In this document: piece after piece, positions 24,409-28,235 of the stretch | Layout: the number at the start of each line of letters is the position of its first letter | How positions within the stretch are numbered: position 1 is the stretch's first letter | From: Bdellovibrionales bacterium | GTDB lineage: Bacteria; Bdellovibrionota; Bdellovibrionia; Bdellovibrionales; JAMPXM01 | Reading direction: 5' to 3' | Length of the DNA stretch: 28,235 nt | NCBI GenBank assembly: GCA_043727635.1 | Contig: JAYSYM010000590.1 | Span: 1 to 28,235 of the forward strand | Notes under the pieces: generated by a model | The model's database searches: none | Seen by the model: only the letters and a program-made list of their open reading frames with translations | What the model was told of the DNA's origin: nothing | Translations under genes and position numbers: made by a program

Positions 24409-25101
24409 TTAGGATCGATAGATCGAAAAGTTCTGAAAATGCTCTGGAGGAACGACTTGCGAAAGCCATGGAGCTCCGTGATCTATTGCGTCGCGTGACG
24501 ATCGACCCCTAGCTACAACGGTGATCGAACGCCGCCTGGCTATTTGCAAAAGCCTCAAAAGCAGACGGTCGATAGCTGCCCGATGGCTGAAGTCATAAAC
24601 GAAATAGGTTTCTGCCTCAGGCAAATTAAACTCAGAATTGTCTATGTTAGCGCATAGCAATTGAGCAGAGCTAAAACCCTGAAGAGCTAGGCACCTTGCA
24701 CCCTCTGCCACTCGCTCTTGAACTATCTCGTAGCCAACAAATTTGACGTGAGGGTAATGAGCCTCTACGACAAATCCCATCCTTCCATAGCCAGCACCGC
24801 AATCGATGACGATGGCTCCCGGCTTTAGCTGGCCCCGAACATCCAGCCGCTCGAGAATTTGCCTGAACTCGATATAGGGAGTGAGAAGCGCTTCAGGCTT
24901 GAGCCCAATCCAAAGCTCCTGATCAGAATTTTTGGTTTGGAGACCAGCCTCGACACGGATCGTATCTAAACCGAGCCAAGCGTCGACGTGAGCCGCGTGA
25001 ATTTGTGCCTCACGATAAGTGCAGTCAGTCATACTCAGCAATGGATAGGGATCATCCTGATTGAAAGCAGAAATTTGAGTTGCGTTTTGATCTGACATCA
25101 C
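24409..25101 (-). CDS. Class I SAM-dependent methyltransferase, substrate unknown
   Basis: Motif I VIDCGAGYGR, motif II VGYEI and motif IV-like YFVYDF. Start GTG 25101 or ATG 25098. Confidence 0.8.
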   Translation of the reverse strand: MMSDQNATQISAFNQDDPYPLLSMTDCTYREAQIHAAHVDAWLGLDTIRVEAGLQTKNSDQELWIGLKPEALLTPYIEFRQILERLDVRGQLKPGAIVIDCGAGYGRMGFVVEAHYPHVKFVGYEIVQERVAEGARCLALQGFSSAQLLCANIDNSEFNLPEAETYFVYDFSHRAAIDRLLLRLLQIARRRSITVVARGRSSRDAIDHGAPWLSQVVPPEHFQNFSIYRS

Positions 25102-25126
25102 ATGTTTTACTCAATGAGGAATCACA

Positions 25127-25702
25127 ATGCAAAATGAAGTCATCGAATTCGTAAAAGCCGCTCTTAAAAATCCTCTCGACGTGTCCACCGTCTTTCCGAC
25201 GTCACGATGGCTCGCACAAAGACTTTTAGACGAAGTTCCAATTCAACCGAATTCGTTTATTGTTGAGGTTGGCGCTGGCACAGGTGCTATCACCCAGCAC
25301 TTGCTGCGAAGATTAGGTAAGCCCCAAGACCAGTACCTCGGAGTTGAACTCAATCCGCAGATGGTGACCTACCTTAAAACTTATTTTCCAAATCTGAAGT
25401 TTGAACAAGGACCCGCACGAAATTTGGAAGTGTGGTTGAAATCGAGAAAAGCTGATGGCGTGGTCTCGAGTTTGCCTTGGACGATCTTCAATGAAGATGT
25501 TCAAACTGAAACTCTTCAGGCCATTTATGATTCGCTAAAGCCTGGCGGAGTGTTTGCCACTTACATGTGTTTAAATGCAGCTTGGTATCCGCAAGCAAAA
25601 CGTTTTAAAGAAAAAATCCATTCTATGTTTAAGACTGTCGACAAAACTCCAATCGAGTGGCGCGCCATTCCACCAGCTTTCGTGTTTCGATGTACCAAAT
25701 AG
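25127..25702 (+). CDS. Phospholipid N-methyltransferase-like (PmtA/OlsG, COG3963-type) SAM methyltransferase
   Basis: TVFPTSRWLA (cf. P-S-S-x-x-LA), VEVGAGTGAIT, GVELN, VVSSLPW and PGGVFATY. GAGGA RBS. Confidence 0.8.
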   Translation: MQNEVIEFVKAALKNPLDVSTVFPTSRWLAQRLLDEVPIQPNSFIVEVGAGTGAITQHLLRRLGKPQDQYLGVELNPQMVTYLKTYFPNLKFEQGPARNLEVWLKSRKADGVVSSLPWTIFNEDVQTETLQAIYDSLKPGGVFATYMCLNAAWYPQAKRFKEKIHSMFKTVDKTPIEWRAIPPAFVFRCTK

Positions 25703-25791
25703 TCTCAGGCGATTTGTCACCATAACTCCATTTGTCCCGATCTAGCCCGTGACTTAAAAATTAAGTGCTGGATAAGTCTTGGAGGTACGTC

Positions 25792-26652
25792 GTGCGCGCA
25801 CTAATTTTGTTACCCCTATTGTCGCTGGTCATTTTGCTGGTCATTTCATTGGGCTCGCAAAGCTATGCGGCTCCTCATTTTGAATCTGCGCAGGCATTCC
25901 CCGGCGAAACTTACGAGCAAGCACGAGCCAGACATCTAAAAGAACGACCCCACTTTTTCGATGATATTCCTCAGCGCCCAACTGATGACGTCAGTCGAGC
26001 AACGAGTGGGAGTGCCTACGGTCACAAACAAAACTTTGATCCAAACATCGACGTTTCACTTCTTCCGGAATGGAAAACTGGCGCAGCAAAACTTGAAGAA
26101 GCGTTTCAGAAAGTTCGCGACGTTCGCATCTATACTGATCGCAGTCACACGCAGTTTAAACGACGAGCGACCTGGCTCTACCCTGTCGACGGTTGCTACA
26201 CGCGAGCCGCTCACATGGCGCGCGGACTAGAACGACTCGTGCACTTAAAGCCCGGCAAAGTTTTCGCGTTTGGAACTTGGGCGACCTTACGAGCAAAAAC
26301 TCCTTATGCTCCGAACGGCAAAGCTTGGTGGTCTTTTCATACTGCCGCAGCTTATAGACTAGGCAGCCGCGCTATGGTTTTGGATCCGGCGATTGATCCC
26401 AATCGAATTTTACCTTTTGAGGAGTGGGTTGGCTTGATCGCTCCTGATGCATCGAAAATTACGGTGTCGATCTGTGATGGCAACGCTTATGCGCCCTCAC
26501 AAACCTGCATCGGCGGCTCAAATAAGCAAGATTACTGGGCAGTTAATTCGCTAGAGGGATATCTCGATGACGAATGGAGCAACCTCGTAAATCTTGGTCT
26601 GAACCCCGTTAAACTTTTAGGTGATGCTCCTCCCTGGAAGAGAACTCGTTAA
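25792..26652 (+). CDS. Secreted protein-glutamine glutaminase family protein
   Basis: GGAGGT RBS then GTG 25792 (track start 25765) and a signal peptide. YPVDGCYTRAA-H, WSFH and VLDP match Chryseobacterium protein-glutaminase motifs YPVDGCYARAH, WSYH and IIDP. Confidence 0.85.
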   Translation: MRALILLPLLSLVILLVISLGSQSYAAPHFESAQAFPGETYEQARARHLKERPHFFDDIPQRPTDDVSRATSGSAYGHKQNFDPNIDVSLLPEWKTGAAKLEEAFQKVRDVRIYTDRSHTQFKRRATWLYPVDGCYTRAAHMARGLERLVHLKPGKVFAFGTWATLRAKTPYAPNGKAWWSFHTAAAYRLGSRAMVLDPAIDPNRILPFEEWVGLIAPDASKITVSICDGNAYAPSQTCIGGSNKQDYWAVNSLEGYLDDEWSNLVNLGLNPVKLLGDAPPWKRTR

Positions 26653-26678
26653 TCCAGCAGGAACTAATGCCTTTACTC

Positions 26679-26726
26679 TATAATTAAGCTTTGGTACGAA
26701 ACCCCCTCACTTTGAAAAGTGGGGGG
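26679..26726 (+). promoter_or_regulatory. TATAAT -10 box followed by an RBS-sequestering hairpin
   Basis: TATAAT at 26679-26684. Stem CCCCTCACTT (26703-12) / AAGTGGGGGG (26717-26) with one G-U pair includes the G-rich RBS 5 nt before ATG 26732. No good -35. Confidence 0.5.
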
Positions 26727-26731
26727 ATTTA

Positions 26732-28117
26732 ATGGCAACAGCAACGACAGCGGGCTTCGGTCAGCCGGGCGAGAAGACCATCTTTGGTCATCCGGTCGGA
26801 CTTTACGTTCTATTCTTTACTGAAATGTGGGAGCGATTCTCATTCTACGGAATGAAAGCACTTCTAGTTCTATACATGGTTAAGTATCTAATCGTAGCAC
26901 ACACGACTGGTGCAACTCATGTCGTTGGTTTCGATACATTCCGCTCGATCATTGAATGGATGTACGGGCCTCTCGAAATTCAGCCGCTCTCTTCACAGAT
27001 CTACGGATCGTATATCGCGCTTGTCTACCTGACTCCCCTCTTTGGTGGAATGATCGCGGATCGATATCTTGGACATCGCAAAACGGTAGTCGTTGGAGCA
27101 GTGCTCTTCATCATTGGTCACTTCTTGATGGCCTTTGAGTCGATGTTCTTAGTTGCGTTGTTCTTTCTAATTTTAGGGAACGGATGCTTTAAGCCGAACA
27201 TTTCTACTCAGGTAGGAAGCTTGTATCCGGTTGGCGATAAACGCAGAGATGCTGCCTTCACGATCTTTTACATGGGTATTAATTTAGGAGCTTTAATCGG
27301 CCCGCTCGTTTGCGGAACGCTTGGTGAAATGTACGGATGGCACTACGGCTTTACGGCTGCTGGTGTTGGTATGATCATTGGTTTGATCGTTTATTTACGC
27401 TGCCAAAAATATTTGGGCAAAGACACTTGGGTGAAACCTTCATTGATGGAGCGCCCGCATGACCCACTAACTAAAACAGAGTGGAAACAAGTTTGGGCTC
27501 TCGTTGGGATTTGCGTTTTAAACATCGTGTTCTGGGCTGTGTACGAGCAGCAAGGTAACACTTTGCAATTGTTCGCAACTGACAACGTTGATTGGTCAAT
27601 CGGTGGTTGGTCGATGCCAACAACTTGGTTCCAATCTTTGAACCCGTTGTTCATCTTCATCATGATTCCGCTCATCAATCCGTTCTGGGCACGACAAGCT
27701 GCTCGCGGTAAAGAGCCAAGCTCAGTAGCTAAGATGGCGTGGGGCTGCTTCATTCTTGGAGCGTCGTTCTTCGTACTTATTTTCGCAACTCAAGGAATGG
27801 CCGAGACAACTCGAATCAGCTTCTTGTGGTTGGTCCTCTGCACATGGATTTACACAGTAGGTGAGATTTACCTTTCACCGGTTGGTTTGTCTTTGGTGAC
27901 AAAGGTGTCGCCTCCACGCCTTGTGGGAATGATGATGGGTATGTGGTTCCTCTCAAGCTTCTTCGGGAACTACTTGTCTGGTTACATCGGGATGTTCTAC
28001 GAGAAAATGCCGAAAGATCAGTTCTTCATGCTGTTAGCAGCAATGGGAATTGCCGCTGGTATTTCGATCTTCGCATTCCAGAAGCCGCTTAAGAAAGCTA
28101 TCGGAGCGAACATCTAG
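26732..28117 (+). CDS. Proton-dependent oligopeptide transporter (POT/PTR2, DtpT-like MFS)
   Basis: GHPVGL...EMWERFSFYG (ExxER motif), GGMIADRYLG-x-RKTV and FTIFYMGINLGA (PTR2 signatures), multi-TM. Confidence 0.96.
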   Translation: MATATTAGFGQPGEKTIFGHPVGLYVLFFTEMWERFSFYGMKALLVLYMVKYLIVAHTTGATHVVGFDTFRSIIEWMYGPLEIQPLSSQIYGSYIALVYLTPLFGGMIADRYLGHRKTVVVGAVLFIIGHFLMAFESMFLVALFFLILGNGCFKPNISTQVGSLYPVGDKRRDAAFTIFYMGINLGALIGPLVCGTLGEMYGWHYGFTAAGVGMIIGLIVYLRCQKYLGKDTWVKPSLMERPHDPLTKTEWKQVWALVGICVLNIVFWAVYEQQGNTLQLFATDNVDWSIGGWSMPTTWFQSLNPLFIFIMIPLINPFWARQAARGKEPSSVAKMAWGCFILGASFFVLIFATQGMAETTRISFLWLVLCTWIYTVGEIYLSPVGLSLVTKVSPPRLVGMMMGMWFLSSFFGNYLSGYIGMFYEKMPKDQFFMLLAAMGIAAGISIFAFQKPLKKAIGANI

Positions 28118-28132
28118 TTCTGTGTAATTCAG

Positions 28133-28170
28133 AATAAAAAAAGGCGACTCTAGGGTCGCCTTTTTTTATT
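28133..28170. terminator. Bidirectional intrinsic terminator
   Basis: AATAAAAAAAGGCGAC-tctagg-GTCGCCTTTTTTTATT: 16-bp perfect arms with a T7 tract on each strand. Confidence 0.92.
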
Positions 28171-28235
28171 TCACTTTACGTTTAGTTCTATTGTTAGTTC
28201 TATTGGGCGACGACTAAACCGTTCACAACTTTTTT

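Noticed and set aside
28171-28235. 12-bp tandem repeat TTAGTTCTATTG x2 (28182-28205) and probable 3' end of a convergent gene
   Set aside because: Two minus-strand frames could end here (…KKVVNGLVVAQ* or …IELTIELNVK*). Too little sequence to call, and two repeat copies are not informative.
1-28235. CRISPR arrays, tRNA/rRNA, IS elements, prophage, defence island
   Set aside because: No repeat-spacer periodicity, cloverleaf, transposase/integrase motifs or obvious compositional break was seen.

Overview
Gene-dense chromosomal window of about 30 CDS on both strands. I found no rRNA, tRNA, CRISPR array, integrase or transposase. The gene content suggests a Bdellovibrionota-like predatory bacterium (inference only): many small signal-peptide proteins of unknown function, a GYF_2-PilZ protein, a DUF1338/DUF2914 pair and an MsrB-MsrA fusion. 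Recognisable genes: FadE-type acyl-CoA dehydrogenase, OsmC-family peroxiredoxin, mtgA, a glutathione peroxidase coupled to a NitT/TauT-type ABC importer, an RlmD/RlmC-type RNA methyltransferase, a GAF-PAS hybrid kinase, a cNMP-domain/Zn-ribbon protein, a CPBP protease, a 2OG-Fe(II) oxygenase, a Nudix hydrolase, two SAM methyltransferases and a POT peptide transporter. A partial minus-strand CDS at 1-217 is missing from the ORF track. I see no single new multi-gene system that the sequence can prove. The best leads are: (1) a secreted protein-glutaminase with an intact Cys-His-Asp triad next to a peptide importer whose RBS is sequestered in a hairpin; (2) an exported beta-carbonic-anhydrase homologue lacking all three Zn ligands; (3) two sigma54-type promoters with candidate enhancer palindromes, each before an uncharacterised exported protein; (4) a 2OG oxygenase fused to a TonB-C/AgmX-like domain; (5) a secreted protein with a duplicated 6-Cys module; (6) a recurrent intergenic motif RGTTTCTCM and several leaderless-type gene starts. 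Where a better RBS/start exists, I moved start codons away from the ORF track and say so in the evidence.
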